Below, piece after piece: positions 50,213 through 63,227 of a DNA stretch of 64,000 bases. The DNA is from Scyliorhinus canicula. Its lineage: Eukaryota. Below the pieces are notes generated by a model, which ran no database searches, was not told the DNA's origin, and saw only the letters and a list, made by a program, of their open reading frames with translations. The stretch's first letter is position 1; each line of letters begins with the position of its first letter. The DNA lies in NCBI RefSeq assembly GCF_902713615.1, contig NC_052172.1, positions 248,001-312,000 of the forward strand. Direction: 5' to 3'. Position numbers and translations under genes: made by a program.

Positions 50213-51145
50213 TTAGTTTAAACCCTCCCGAAGAGTACTAGAAAACCTCCCCCCCAGGATATTGGTGCCCCTCTGGTTCAGATGCAACCCTTCCTGCTTG
50301 TACAGGTCCCACCTTCCCCAGAATGCGCTCCAATTATCCAAATACCTGAAGCCCTCCCTCCTACACCATTCCTGCAGCCACGTGGTCAACTGCACTCTCT
50401 CCCTATTCCTAGCCTCGCTATCACGTGGCACCGGCAACAAACCAGTGATGACAATTCTGTCTGTCCTGGCTTTTAACTTCCAGCCTAACTCCCTAAACTT
50501 GTTTATTACCTCCACACCCCTTTTCCTACCTACGTCGTTTGTACCAATGTGCACCATGACTTCTGGCTGCTCACCCTCCCCCTTCAGGATCCTGAAGACA
50601 CGATCCGAGACATCCCTGGCCCTGGCACCCGGGAGGCAACATACCTTTCGGGAGTCTCGCTCGCGACCACAGAATCTCCTATCTATTCCCCTAACCATTG
50701 AATCTCCTATTACTATTGCTTTTCTATGCTCCCCCCTTCCCTTCTGAGCCCCAGAGCCAGACTCAGTGCCAGAGACTTGGCCGCTGGGGCCTTCCGGTAG
50801 GTCATCCCCCCAAACAGCATCCAAAACGGTATACTTGTTTTGAAGGGGAACGGCCACGAGGGATCCCTGCACTGTCTGCCTGTTAGTTTTCTTTCCCCTG
50901 ACTGTAACCCAACTACTCTTGTCCAGTACCTTTGGTGTGGCTACCTCCCTGTAACTATTCTCTATAACCCCCTCTGCCTCCTGGATGATCCGAAGTTCAT
51001 CCAGCTCCAGCTCCAGTACCTTAAAACGGTCTCTGAGGAGCTGGAGTTGGGTGCACTTCCCGCAGGTATAGTCAGCGGGGACACCAGTGGTATCCCTCAC
51101 TACCCACATCCTACAGGAGGAGTATGCAACTGCCCTAGCCTCCAT
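50213..51145 (-). CDS. CR1 ORF1 (zinc finger + esterase), open
   Basis: 310-aa ORF with GDS/GTND/EGLH motifs. Confidence 0.85.
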   Translation of the reverse strand: MEARAVAYSSCRMWVVRDTTGVPADYTCGKCTQLQLLRDRFKVLELELDELRIIQEAEGVIENSYREVATPKVLDKSSWVTVRGKKTNRQTVQGSLVAVPLQNKYTVLDAVWGDDLPEGPSGQVSGTESGSGAQKGRGEHRKAIVIGDSMVRGIDRRFCGRERDSRKVCCLPGARARDVSDRVFRILKGEGEQPEVMVHIGTNDVGRKRGVEVINKFRELGWKLKARTDRIVITGLLPVPRDSEARNRERVQLTTWLQEWCRREGFRYLDNWSAFWGRWDLYKQEGLHLNQRGTNILGGRFSSTLREGLN

Positions 51146-51322
51146 CCCCTCTTACTTTACATAATTAGCTGCCCCCTGGACCAACTGGACCTCCGCCCTC
51201 CGACTCTACTTCCAGTCAGCTGTACTCTAAACTCCTGGCTCCCTTCACGCTCTTTGATAAATATAGGAAATGAAATGTAAGGAGCACCTTACTCCCTCCT
51301 CAGCTAACTCCCTCAGTCACCA

Positions 51323-51855
51323 AGAGGAGTAGGTAAACCGGGGGAGTGTGGTACCCATGGTGTGTAAACTAGCGGTGTGTCTACAACCAGGAGAGAGTGT
51401 AAATCCTGTTCCAACAGAGGAGTAGGTAAACCGGGGGAGTGTGGTACCCATGGTGTGTAAACTAGCGGTGTGTCTACAACCAGGAGAGAGTGTAAATCCT
51501 GTTCCAACAGAGGAGTGGGTAAACCTGGGGAATGTGGTACCCAGGGATGTGTAAACTAGCGGTGTGCGTAAAACAAGGGGAGAGTGTAAATCCTGTTCCA
51601 ACAGAGGAGTGGGTAAACCTGGGGAGTGTGGTACCCAGGGATGTGTAAACTAGCGGTGTGCGTAAAACAAGGGGAGAGTGTAAAACCTGGTATATCAGAG
51701 ATATGTGTAAACCTGGGCAGTGGTACCCGGTGATATGTGAACAACCAGTGTGTGTAGAACTAAGGGAGACTGTAAACCAGGGGAGTGTGTGAGCCGGGGG
51801 AGTGAGTAAACCAGGGGAGTGAGTAAACCAGGAGAGTGTGCGAACCAGGGGTGTG
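51323..51855. repeat. 93-94-bp higher-order repeat (x4) and degenerate 17-bp units
   Basis: gaggagt(a/g)ggtaaacc at 51324, 51417, 51510, 51604. Confidence 0.9.
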
Positions 51856-51889
51856 TGCCTGACAGATACAGAAGCACATTCCAGATTAG

Positions 51890-52190
51890 GGGGTGGCACA
51901 GTGGTTTGAACTGCTGCTTCACAGCTCCAGGGATCGAGGTTCAATTCCGGCTTTGGGTGACTGGTGTTTGCACTTTATCCCTGTGGGTTTCCTCCCACAG
52001 TCCAATGATGTGCAGGTTAGGTGGATAGGTCAGGATAAATTTTCCCTTATTGTCCAAAAAAGTTAGATGTAGATACTGGGTTATGGGGATAGGGTGGAGG
52101 CTTGGGCCGAGGTAGGTTACTCTTTCCAAGGGTCAGTGCTGGCTCGATGGGCTGAATGGCCTACGCCTGCACTGGAGGGATTCTATGATT
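51890..52190 (+). mobile_element. HE1-type SINE, diverged
   Basis: Head, core and gattctatgatt tail. Confidence 0.8.
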
Positions 52191-52199
52191 CCACGACAA

Positions 52200-54990
52200 A
52201 AAATGGCAGATAGAGAAAATAGTTGAAACTGACCGACATGAACAGATACAGAATATATTCCACACACACATCCAAAACCACAGACTTTCAGATGTAGAAT
52301 TAAGCCCATTAAACACAGTTCCAGTGAATGGCAGTGAAATAATTAAACTGTAATAGATGAGAGACACAGATTGAGTACCACACTCTCAAACTGCCAGGGA
52401 TTGAAGATCACTGAATGTATCCAACAGTCACACACAATACCTCTGGCTGACAGAGAATAGAACCACACTCACAGAGCAGTGCAGAGACTGGGCGGTACAG
52501 TTGATAACAACACTCACACACACCAAACAGAGATTGACAAACCACAATTGATCTCTCACACATTCAGTTCAGAGACTGACTGATGGAGAGTGAATCCTAA
52601 ACTCAGACATATCATCAGATTGTCAGATAGAGAATCAATTCCATAATCACAAAATTTTAAAAAATTTTAGCGGCAGACAGATACATGAAAAATTTCACTC
52701 AAAACTTATGAACTAGAATTTGCAACATGAATTCAATGGTTATCTTCCTATCAGAGACAGTCTCATAAAGAATTATGTCCACTGCCAAATTCCAGCAAAT
52801 GTCAGACACAGACAGGTAATTAGTGGATGATGGACTAGTACAAACGGGGATAGGGTGGAAGTGAGGGCTTAAAGTGGGTCGGTGCTGTCTTGATGGGCCG
52901 AAGGGCCTCCTTCTGCACTGTATGTTCTATGTTTTAAAAGTCACACACTGAAGCAGAGAATGATGAATACTGAACAAATCCCTGAACTTTCAGAGATGGA
53001 CAGTTACAGGTTTACATACAGACTCACATACTGACCCAGTGGTGACAAATACCAAGTAACCACATTTCACATCCAGACCAGTTACCACTTGGTATATTTG
53101 TTGCTTAAACGTGAGCATTATCAAAAACACCAGCAATTTTCTACCTTCCTAATTGCTGTGTTTAAGGTGGCTGTGGATTGCGTTCTTTCAGCTTATTGCC
53201 TGTCTGCCAAAGCTACACCCAGAGTGCAAGGGATCAAGAACCCGCCAACCTATAATACATATGCACACAAACTTCAAACCCACAGCTTCTTCCCAATATC
53301 AGTTTGCTTCATTGTAAATGTGAATTTCACAGGTCAGGCACAGACAGGGTAAAAAAAAAAACAATCACAAATCATCTGTAGATACTGAGCGATCACAACA
53401 TCCACATTCCATGCCTGGAAGATTCAGAGTAAAATCCACATCTAATTAGCAGAATAAAGAACAGGTATGAATTAAATCTCCATTGTGTTGCAGTAACATA
53501 CATACAGCATAGGAACAATGTTCTCACATTGGGAAATGAGAAGTGGAGAGTAAATCACACTGTTGCATAAAGGAAAATGACAGATACAGACTGAACCCAC
53601 ATTCACTTCCCGAATTTAAAAGGTACAGGAGAAAAACAACATTTCATCCATAGCAGAACTAACTTGTCGAGAGAAAAAAGCCAATTCCACAGCTATAACT
53701 GAAAGATCCAGAAAAAAATGAAAAGATGCCTTTCCATCCATGGCAGAACTAACTTGTAGAGAGAAAATAGACAATGAGACAGCTGTAACTGAAAGGTACA
53801 GAAGATAATACTGATTCAGAAGCTGGAAACTGTCAGCTAAATATTAAATAAGCAAAACAAATTCATATGAGACTGTAATGGGTTTGCAGTGATCCCATTC
53901 ACTGTCGGAAAATTACAAAGTGTCAGGTGTTTCCATCCACATTGGAAATTACAGGGAAAGCCAAATTCACACAAATTGACAAATTCAAAGTGAAGCCAAC
54001 ATTTATTGCAGTCACAATATGACAGAAATAGAATAAGATACGGTCACCAAAAAGAAGGCACACAAAATAAACTTCACAGGAGGCTAATTGAAATTAAATG
54101 CTATCTTATAATGCTAGTTTAATATCTCCAATCACATGTTAGGAAGTGAATTGCACAATAAAGTGCAGATTCTCCTAACGGAGGTCAACGTGTACAGAGT
54201 AGGCCCTGAGATGACATAACATGTTGAGAAAGAGAGGCGTGGATCACAGCCCTCAGTCGCTTATCAGAAACTTGCTTTAACAATAAAAATATGACAATTG
54301 GATTTGAGAAACTGACAGGTGGAAAGCAGTTTCATATTCCCGTGACAATAGCATACACACTCACTCAATTACCTCAAATCAGAAATGGAAACTAGCTCTG
54401 AATGAACCAGAAACTTACAAAGATGGAATAGTTTACTCTTATTTATCAGAAACTGAAATGTGCAGATAAAACAATATCAGAAACTTTGATACAAGAGATT
54501 GAGGTGAATGTATGAAAGCAGACAGCCACACTGGAATATTTTGACAGATGCACAGTACAATCCAATGTTCCAAATCACTGAAATGTACAGAGTGAAAACA
54601 ACTTTCACATGGCAACAATGTACATATTCTGTTCATAGCTACTGAGAGGAACCAGGTATTGACAACTAAATGAGTATACGTTTGATCATATTCAATGCAT
54701 CAGGAAATGACAGATGGAGAGAAATGTGCATAAACCCAAATCAGAGTCTTAAATGCATGCACTGTACATTGTAATGTCATTCATATATATCGTTACTGAC
54801 AGCTACAGTGTAATATAGATAATATACAATAAAATTCATATACAGTACATCAGGAAACGGCTGATGAACAGAACAATACGAATATCAATTCCAGAGGTAA
54901 ACAGATAGAGATTAAAATCTACACTTTGGAGAAACAGTAGGTATCAGGACAAACACACAATCCATGTTTCAGACACTCAAGGAAACAGAA
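52200..54990. repeat. Highly degenerate A-rich tandem array (~40-45 bp unit)
   Basis: Recurrent aa(c/a)tgacagatacagag..aatccaca motif; a SINE tail fragment at ~52830-52932. Confidence 0.5.
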
Positions 54991-55189
54991 TACAACAGAC
55001 ATTGTCATACAAAAGACTGGTCGGGATAATGAAAAGGTTCGGCCTATTCTCTTCGGAGTTCGAAAAATGAAAATCAACTTAGAGGGGACATTACCGAGTG
55101 GATCCTGGGAAGAAATTTCCTCTCCTTGGAAGCTTAGAACGTGGGGGACACAGGATAAAAACAAAGTGGAGGCCGGGCAGAGTGGATAT

Positions 55190-56480
55190 GGAGAAAATGC
55201 ACCAGGCGTGACATAATTAAGAAGGCATCGGGAATATTTGTATTCATAAGCGAGGTATAGAATTTAAAAGCAATGAGTTTATGATGATGCTGCAGGAAAA
55301 GTTAGACCACAGCTAGACCACAATCTAAAGATTTTAAATGTCTATCCAATCTCCTTTGAGCCAGGTGTTCTCTAAGGAAAAAAGTCTGGACTTCTCTAAT
55401 CCACCTTCATTACTGACCTTCACAGAATCGCAGAATTGTTATGTGGCAAAATGAGGCCATTTGGCCCATTGTGTCTGCACCGGCTCTCTGAATGAGCAAC
55501 TTAACTGGTGCCCCCTACACCACCATAACCCTGCACATTCTTCCTTTTCCGATAAGTCTGTTTTCCTTTTGACTGCTTCAATGTAACCTGCTCCAAGGCA
55601 CTCTGACAGTGCACTGTACACGCGAACCACTCACTGAAATGTTCTCCTCAACTCACTTGTGCTTCTTTTACCAATTACTTTGATCTTTCCACAGCTGGAA
55701 TACTGTGTGCCATGCTATAGCAAGGAAGTGTTTGTGTGAGAGAGGGTGCAGTGGAGATTCACCAGGACATTGCCTGGACTAGGGTATCTCTGCTATCCGG
55801 ACAGTCTGGATAGGCTGTTTTCTATGAAGCAGCGAATGTTGAGGGGGGAGCTGATTGAGATGTAAAAAATGAGGGGCAGAGATAGGTTGGATAGGATGGA
55901 ATGTTTTCCTTAGCGAAAGGATCGAATACAGGGGGAATTGATTTAAGACTTAAGGTAAGGGACAGGAGTTTTAGAGGGGCTGTGAGGAAACACTTTTTTG
56001 AAATGTGGAACTCACTGTCTGAAAGGATGGCAGAGTCAGGAACCCGCACTACACTTACCAATTGTTTAAATGAGTACTTGAAATGCCAGAGCATATAAGG
56101 TTAGGGGCCAAGAGCTGGAAACTGGGCTAAGAATCGATACTTTCTTGATGGCATGCACAAACAGGATCAGCTGTAGGGTCTCCTTCCGTGCTGTCAACAC
56201 TCTGTCACCCTATAATCGGGTAGGTAGGGACACAGAATTGGGAACAGAAACAAAAGCAAAATGAGAGGAATAAACTTTTGATGCCGGAGGTGGTTAAAGT
56301 CTGGAATACACTGCCTGAGTGTGTGGTGGGGAGTGGTTCAATGGAAGCGTTCAAAGTTGGAATAAATTGTTATCTGAAAAGGAAGAATGTGGAAGATGAC
56401 GGGACTGGGGAAGCTGCCCATTTGGAGAGACAGTACAGACAGGATTGGTCGAATGGCCTCCTGCCCTGCCCTGATATAAA
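55190..56480. mobile_element. Old CR1 3' fragments (plus strand, with a nested minus fragment ~55420-55690)
   Basis: Degenerate VWN(S/T)LP and ggccatttggccc tail motifs. Confidence 0.7.
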
Positions 56481-56539
56481 GCTGTGACGAGCAGTAAATA
56501 TGATTGCCTATCTGAAAGAACCAAACAGAGAAATACAGA

Positions 56540-56625
56540 AGTGACATCATTGCGAATAAGTCAATCAGGAAAATTGCCTGCACCAATCCCTCATTTGCAT
56601 AGGGCTGTGGTTGGATTTATAAAAC
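56540..56625 (+). promoter_or_regulatory. Histone H2B promoter (CCAAT, octamer, TATA)
   Basis: CCAAT at 56583, ATTTGCAT at 56593, TATAAAA at ~56618. Confidence 0.85.
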
Positions 56626-56810
56626 TCGAGTTGCTGGGTCAGGCTCAGTTACTGGGTTTGTGAAATTGAACCTGACGATGGGAGATGAAAAGAAGGTGCC
56701 AGTTCCCAAGAAGGGCGGCAAGAAAGCTCTGAAGAAAACTCCAGTGAAGGGCAGCAAGAAGAGGAGGCGAAGCAGGAAGGAAAGTTACTCCATCTACATC
56801 TACAAAGTGA

Positions 56811-59800
56811 GGGCAGCAGAGCTTCTGATTGGCTGTTCCGGGGAGATTTGCATACGTGCAGTGCGGTCAGCGTAAGTTGAAAGTGTACCGGCGCAAGTGA
56901 CCCGAGGAGTTAGAGTGAAGGCAAGCATCCAGCAGAGGGCAGCAGAGCAGAGCTTCTGATTGGCTGTTCCGGGGAGATTTGCATACGTGCAGTACGGTCA
57001 GCATATGTTGAAGGTGGTTTGTGAAGGGGCTGTTCTCGAGTGACAGCTTTACCCAAAACACTACCTACGTAGTGTCTCCCACCCATCCTCCTCCTCTAAC
57101 CAAAAAATAAATTACTGTCCGTCGGATTGCTAAACTAACAAGTTTTTTTTTAGTTTTCAGTAGTTGGGAAGTTAGTTCAGTGGGAATGGAGGCTAGGGCA
57201 GTTGAATGTTCCTCCTGCAGAATGTGGGAGGAAAGGGTCACCTCAAGTGTCCCTGCTGACTACATCTGCGGGAAATGCACCCAACTCCAGGTCCTGGAGA
57301 ACCACGTTAGGGAGCTGGAGCTGGATGAACTTCGGATCATTCGGGAGGTAGAGGGGGTTATTGAGAGGAGTTATAGAACATAGAACAGTACAGCACAGAA
57401 CAGGCCCTTCGGCCCTCAATGTTGTGCCGAGCCATGATCACCCTACTCAAACCCACATATCCACCCTATACCCATAACCCAACAACCCCCCCCCCCCTTA
57501 ACCTTACTTTTATTAGGACACTACGGGCAATTTAGCATGGCCAATCCACCTAACCCGCACATCTTTGGACTGTGGGAGGAAACCGGAGCACCCGGAGGAA
57601 ACCCACGCACACAGGGGGAGGACGTGCAGACTCCACACAGACAGTGACCCAGCCGGGAATCGAACCTGGGACCCTGGAGCTGTGAAGCATTTATGCTAAC
57701 CACCATGCTACCCTGCTGCCCCAAGTTATAGGAAGGTAGATGGGTTACTGCCAGGGGAGGGAGAGGGAACCGGCAGGCAGTGCAGGGATCCCCTGTTGTT
57801 GTTCCCCTCTATAACAAGTATACCGTTTTGGATACTGTTGCGGGGGATGACTTACCAGGGGTAAGCAATAGGGCACAGGTCTCTGGCACAGAGTCTGTCC
57901 CTGTTGCTCAGAAGGGAAGGGAGAAGAGGAACAGAGCACTTGTCATTGGGGACACCATAGTTAGAGGAAAAGACAGGAGGTTCTGTGGGAACGAAAGAGA
58001 CTCACGGTTGGTGTGTTGCCTCCAAGGTGCCAGGGTTCGTGATGTGTCTGATCGTGTTTTTGGGAACCTTAAGGGGGAGGTGGAGCAGCCCCAAGTCGTG
58101 GTCCACATAGGTACCAACGACATAGGTAGGAAGAGAGATGGGGATTTGACACAGAAATTCAGGGAGCTAGGGTGGAAGCTGAGAGCTAGAACAAACAGAG
58201 TTGTTATCTCTGGGTTGTTACCCGTGCCACGTGCTAGCGAAGTGAGAAATAAGGAGAGAGAGGAGTTGAACACGTGGCTACAGTTATGGTGCAGGTGGGA
58301 GGGTTTTGGTTTCCTGGATAATTGGGGCTCATTCTGGGGTAGGTGGGACCTCTACAAACAGGATGGTCTTCACCTGAACCAGAGGGGTACCAATATCCTG
58401 GGGGGGGGGGGGGGAGATTTGCTAGTGCTCTTCGGGGGGTTTAAACTAATTCAGCAGGGGGATGGGAACCTAAATTGTAGTCCCAGTGTACACGATGTTG
58501 AGAGTAGTGAGGTCAGGGATAGGGTTAAAAGTTGGAAAGAGTGCACTGGTAAACAAGACGCTGGTTTGAAGTGTGTCTACTTCAATGCCAGGAGCATCCG
58601 GAATAAGGTGGGTGAGCTTGCAGCATGGGTTGGTACCTGGGATCTCGATGTTGTGGCGATTTTGGAGACATGGGTAGAGCAGGGACAGGAATGGTTGTTG
58701 CAGGTTCCAGGATTTAGATGTTTCTGTAAGAACAGAGAAGATGGTAAAAGAGGGTGGCATTTTTAATCAAGGAAAGTATTACGCTGGTAGAAAGGACGTT
58801 TGAGGACTCGTCTACTGAGGTAGTATGGGCCGAGGTTAGGAAAAGGAGAGAAGAGGTAACCCTGTTGGGAGTTGTCTATAGACCTCCGAATAGTTGCAGA
58901 GATGTAGAGGAAAGGATTACAAAGATGATTCTCAACAGGAGCGAGAGTAACAGGGTAGTTGTTATGGGGGACTTTAACTGTCCAAATATTGACTGGAAAT
59001 ACGATAGTTCGAGTACTATAGATGGGTCAGTTTTTGTGCAGTGTGTGCAGGAGGGTTTTCTGACACAGTATGTAGACAGGCCAACAAGAGGCGATGCCAC
59101 ATTGGATTTGGTACTGGGTTAGGAACCTGGCCAGGTGTTAGATTTAGATGTAGGTGAGCACTTTGGTGATAGTGATCACAATTCTGTTATGTTTACTTTA
59201 ACAATGGGCAGGGATAGGTATATACCGCAAAGCAAGAATTATAGCTGGGGGAAAGGCAATTATGATGCTATTCGGCAAGATTTAGAATGTATAGGATGGG
59301 GAAGGAAACTGCAGGGGATGGGTACAATCGAAATGTGGAGCTTTTTCAAGGAACAGCTACTGCATGTCCTTGATAAGTATGTACCTGTCAGGCAGGGAGG
59401 AAGTTGTTGAGCAAGGGAACCGTGGTTTACTAAGGAAGTTGAAGCACTTGTCAAGAGGAAGAAGAAGGCTTATGTTAGGATGAGACATGAAGGCTCAGTT
59501 AGGGCACTTGAGAGTTACAAGTTAGCCAGGAAGGACCTAAAGGGAGAGTTAAGAAGAGCGAGGAGGGGACACGAAAAGTCGTTGGCGGATAGGATCAAGG
59601 AAAACCCTAATGCTTTCTATAGGTATATCAGGAACAAAAGAATGACTAGAGTAAGATTAAGGCCAATCAAGGATAATAGTGGAAAGTTGTGTGTGGAATC
59701 AGAGGAGATAGGGGAAGCGTTAAATGGATATTTTTCGTCAGTGTTTACACTGGAGAAAGACAATGTTGTCGAGGAGAATACTCGAGGAGAATGTTGTCAG

Positions 59801-61415
59801 TCGACCAGGCTAGATGGAATTGAGGTTCACAAGGAGGAGGTGTTAGCAATTTTGGAAAGTGTAAAAATAGATAAGTCCCCTGGGCCAGATGGGATTTATC
59901 CTAGGATTCTCTGGGAAGCTAGGGAGGAGATTGCAGAACCTTTGTCCTTGATCTTTATGTCGTCTTTGTCGATAGGAATAGTGCTGGAAGACAAGAGGAT
60001 AGCAAATGTTGTCCCCTTGTTCAAGAAGGGGAGTAGAGACAACCCTGGTAATTATAGACCTGTGAACCTTACTTCGGTTGTGGGTAAAATGTTGGAAAAG
60101 GTTATAAGAGATAGGGTTTATAATCACCTTGAAAAGAACAAGTTGATTAGCGATAGTCAACACGGTTTTGTGAAGGGTAGGTCATGCCTCACAAACCTTG
60201 TTGAGTTTTTTGAGAAGGTGACCAAACAGGTGGATGAGGGTAAAGCGGTTGATGTGTATATGGATTTCAGTAAGGCGTTTGATAAGGTTCCACACGGTAG
60301 GCTATCGCAGAAAATATGGAAGTATGGGATTGAAGGTGATTTAGTGGTTTGCATCAGTAATTGGCTAGCTGAAAGAAGACAGAGGGTGGTAGTTGATGGC
60401 AAATGTTCATCCTGGAGTTCAGTTACTCGTGGTGTATCGCAAGGATCTGTTTTGGGCCCACTGCTGTTTGTCATTTTTATAAATGTCCTGGAAGAGGGTG
60501 TAGAAGGATGGGTTAGTAAATTTGCAGATGACACGAAGGTTGGTGGCGTTGTGGATAGTGCTGAAGGATGTTATAGGATACAGAGGGATATAGATAAGCT
60601 GCAGAGCTGGGCTGAGAGGTAGCAGGTGGAGTTTAATGCGGAAAAGTGTGAGGTGGTTCACTTTGGAAGGAGTAACAGGAATGCAGAGTACTGGGCTAAT
60701 GGCAGGATTCTTGGTAGTGTAGATGAACAGAGAGATCTTGGCATCCAGGTACATAAATCCCTGAAAGTTGCCACCCAGGTTAATAGGGCAGTTAAGAAGG
60801 CATATGGTGTGCTAGCCTTTATAAGTAGGGGGATTGAGTTTCGGAGCCACAAGGCCATGCTGCAGCTGTACATAACTCTGGTGCGGCCGCTCCTGGAGTA
60901 CTGCGTGCAGTTCTGGTCACCACAGTATAGGAAGGATGTGGAAGCTTTGGAAAGGGTTCAGAGGAGATTTACTAGGATGTTGCCTGGTATGGAGGGAAGG
61001 TCTTACGAGGAAAGGCTCAGGGCTTGAGGTTGTTTTCGTTAGAGAGGAGAAGGCTGAGAGGTGACCTAATAGAGACATATAAGATAGTCAGAGGGTTAGA
61101 TAGGGTGGACAGTGAGAGTCTCTTTCCTTGGATGGTGATGACCAACACGAGGGGTCATTGCTTTAAATTGAGGGGTAGTAGATATAGGACAGATGTCAGA
61201 GGCAGTTTCTTTGCTCAGAGAGTAGTAGGGGTGTGGAACGCCCTGCCTGCAACAGTAGTAGACTCACCAACTTTAAGGGCATTTAAGTGGTCACTGGATA
61301 GACATATGGATGAAAATGGAATAGCGTAGGTCAGATAGGCTTCAGTTTGTTTCACAGGTTGGCGCAACATCGAGGGCCGAAGGGCCCGTACTGCGCTGTA
61401 ATGTTCTATGTTCTA
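56811..61415 (+). mobile_element. Full-length decayed CR1 LINE in H2B
   Basis: Two 131-bp-spaced octamer monomers, ORF1 from ~57187, ORF2 fragments to 61329, ttctatg tail. Confidence 0.95.
57377..57723 (-). mobile_element. HE1 V-SINE inside LINE ORF1
   Basis: TSD agttatag at 57369-57376 and 57724-57731. Confidence 0.93.
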
Positions 61416-61692
61416 TGATGAAGCAGGTTCACCCCGACACCAGCATCTCATCCAAGGCAATGAGCATCATGAACTCGTTCGTCAACGATATTTTCGAGCG
61501 TATGCGGGTGAGGCTTCCCGCCTGGCCCATTACAGCAAGCGCCACACCATCAGCTCCCGGGAGATCCAGACCGCCGTGCGCCTGCTGCTGCCCGGGGAAC
61601 TGGCCAAGCACGCCGTGTCGGAAGGGACAAAGGCGGTGACCAAGTACACCAGCTCCAAGTAAAACTGTTCTCAATCTCAGCAAAAACTCAAC

Positions 61693-61708
61693 GGCTCTTT
61701 TAAGAGCC
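61693..61708 (+). terminator. Histone stem-loop (H2B copy 1)
   Basis: GGCTCT-TTTA-AGAGCC ACCCA. Confidence 0.93.
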
Positions 61709-61977
61709 ACCCACAACTTCTCGGAACCAGTCAAACTATCATATTTTAAATTATTATTTGTTTATTTCTATTACGAATAGCCAGATATTTTTTCATAGCG
61801 TTTCTCGAGAAAAAACACCCTGGGTAACGCCAAGATATCGTCCTCTATATCTATGTGTCTTGTTCATTAAGTCCCATCATTTAGTGACTGCTCGGTGACG
61901 CTTTGGTCTCTGACTGATTCATCCTCGGCCGCTGTCGCTAGATTTGGAGAGAGAATAGAACTCCAAAACGTCCCTTT

Positions 61978-62322
61978 CATAGAATGTACAATGCAGAAGG
62001 AGGCCATTCGGCCCATCGAGTCTGCACTGGCTCTTGGAAAGAGCACCATTTCAAGCCCACAACCCCATCCTATCCCCATAACCCAGTAGCCCCACCCAAC
62101 ATTAAGGGAAATTTTGGCCACTAAGGGCAATTTAGCATAGCCAGTCCACCTAACCTTCACATCTTTGGACTGTGGGAGGAAACCGGAGCATCCGGAGGAA
62201 ACCCACGCACACACTGGCAGAACGTGCAGACTCCGCACAGACAGTGACCCAAGACGGGAATCGAACCTGGGACCTTTGAGCTGTGAAGCAATTGTGCTAA
62301 CCAAAATGCTACCGTGCTGCCC
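61978..62322 (-). mobile_element. HE1 V-SINE
   Basis: Full head, core and tail; absent from the duplicated spacer at ~63470. Confidence 0.9.
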
Positions 62323-62907
62323 TATTTATGTTCAGGTTTACCCTCAATGATCTTTCAGTTAATTGAGAACACCCCGGTTGTCTGGAAAACTCCATTTCAA
62401 TACTGGCATGAGCACCAAACTGCTCACTCCACTTTTATCACTGAGGAAGCGGCAGCAGTCTACAATGTGAATAAATGTTATTATGTTTGCAGTTGGCTGT
62501 AATTTAGACATTCTGCCGGCAACTGAGAGCGTTTTAACCAGCAGCCAGATTAAAGCCGATGGGACTCCAGATTGTAAAAATCTGTGGAGACAGTTTCGGA
62601 TCTAAATCCACCTTCTACAGATCCGAAATGTTTCTCTCCACAGATGCTCCCAGACACGCTGAGTTTATCCAGCATTTTCTCTTCAATTCACATTTACAGC
62701 ATCCGCATTATTTTGCTTTAATTTATTTTGGGTTTGTTGTCAGTTACAGAGAGAAACCGAAATCCGAAACTGACAGATAAAGGGAAACTGTAGACTAGGG
62801 AAAGAGAGAGAATCCAACAATCCTATACTCAAAACTCAATGATTTATTTTTTACGGTCCCGATTCAATTTTATCTGTTTTATATTTTCGCGCCCATTTAA
62901 GCTTTGA

Positions 62908-63174
<267 letters not shown>

Positions 63175-63211
63175 AACTACACAATGGACTGAAAACCACC
63201 CCAAACACAAC

Positions 63212-63227
63212 GGCTCTTTTAAGAGCC
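63212..63227 (+). terminator. Histone stem-loop (H2B copy 2)
   Basis: GGCTCT-TTTA-AGAGCC ACCCA. Confidence 0.93.

Larger units (their letters stand above)
38420..51322 (-). mobile_element. CR1 LINE (same subfamily as 551-5975) split by nested insertions; own sequence 38420-39061 and 47257-51322
   Basis: 3' end and ORF2 C-terminus 38420-39061 join ORF2 at 47257 (gacctactct|..attccagg); ORF1 at 50213-51145. Confidence 0.93.
56678..61662 (+). pseudogene. H2B: Histone H2B disrupted by a CR1 LINE (5' part 56678-56810, 3' part 61416-61662)
   Basis: [18 protein letters not shown] | [13 protein letters not shown]; tga duplicated at both junctions; 1-bp deletion at ~61504. Confidence 0.95.

Noticed and set aside
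57780-58766. Naturally fused ORF1-ORF2 reading frame
   Set aside because: Caused by an expanded G-run at ~58400-58414 in a decayed copy; not independent evidence of fusion.
56807-61426. Rescue of H2B by splicing out the LINE (AAA|GTGAGG donor)
   Set aside because: Acceptors lack a good pyrimidine tract, splicing would delete helix-1 residues, and the 3' half is frameshifted.
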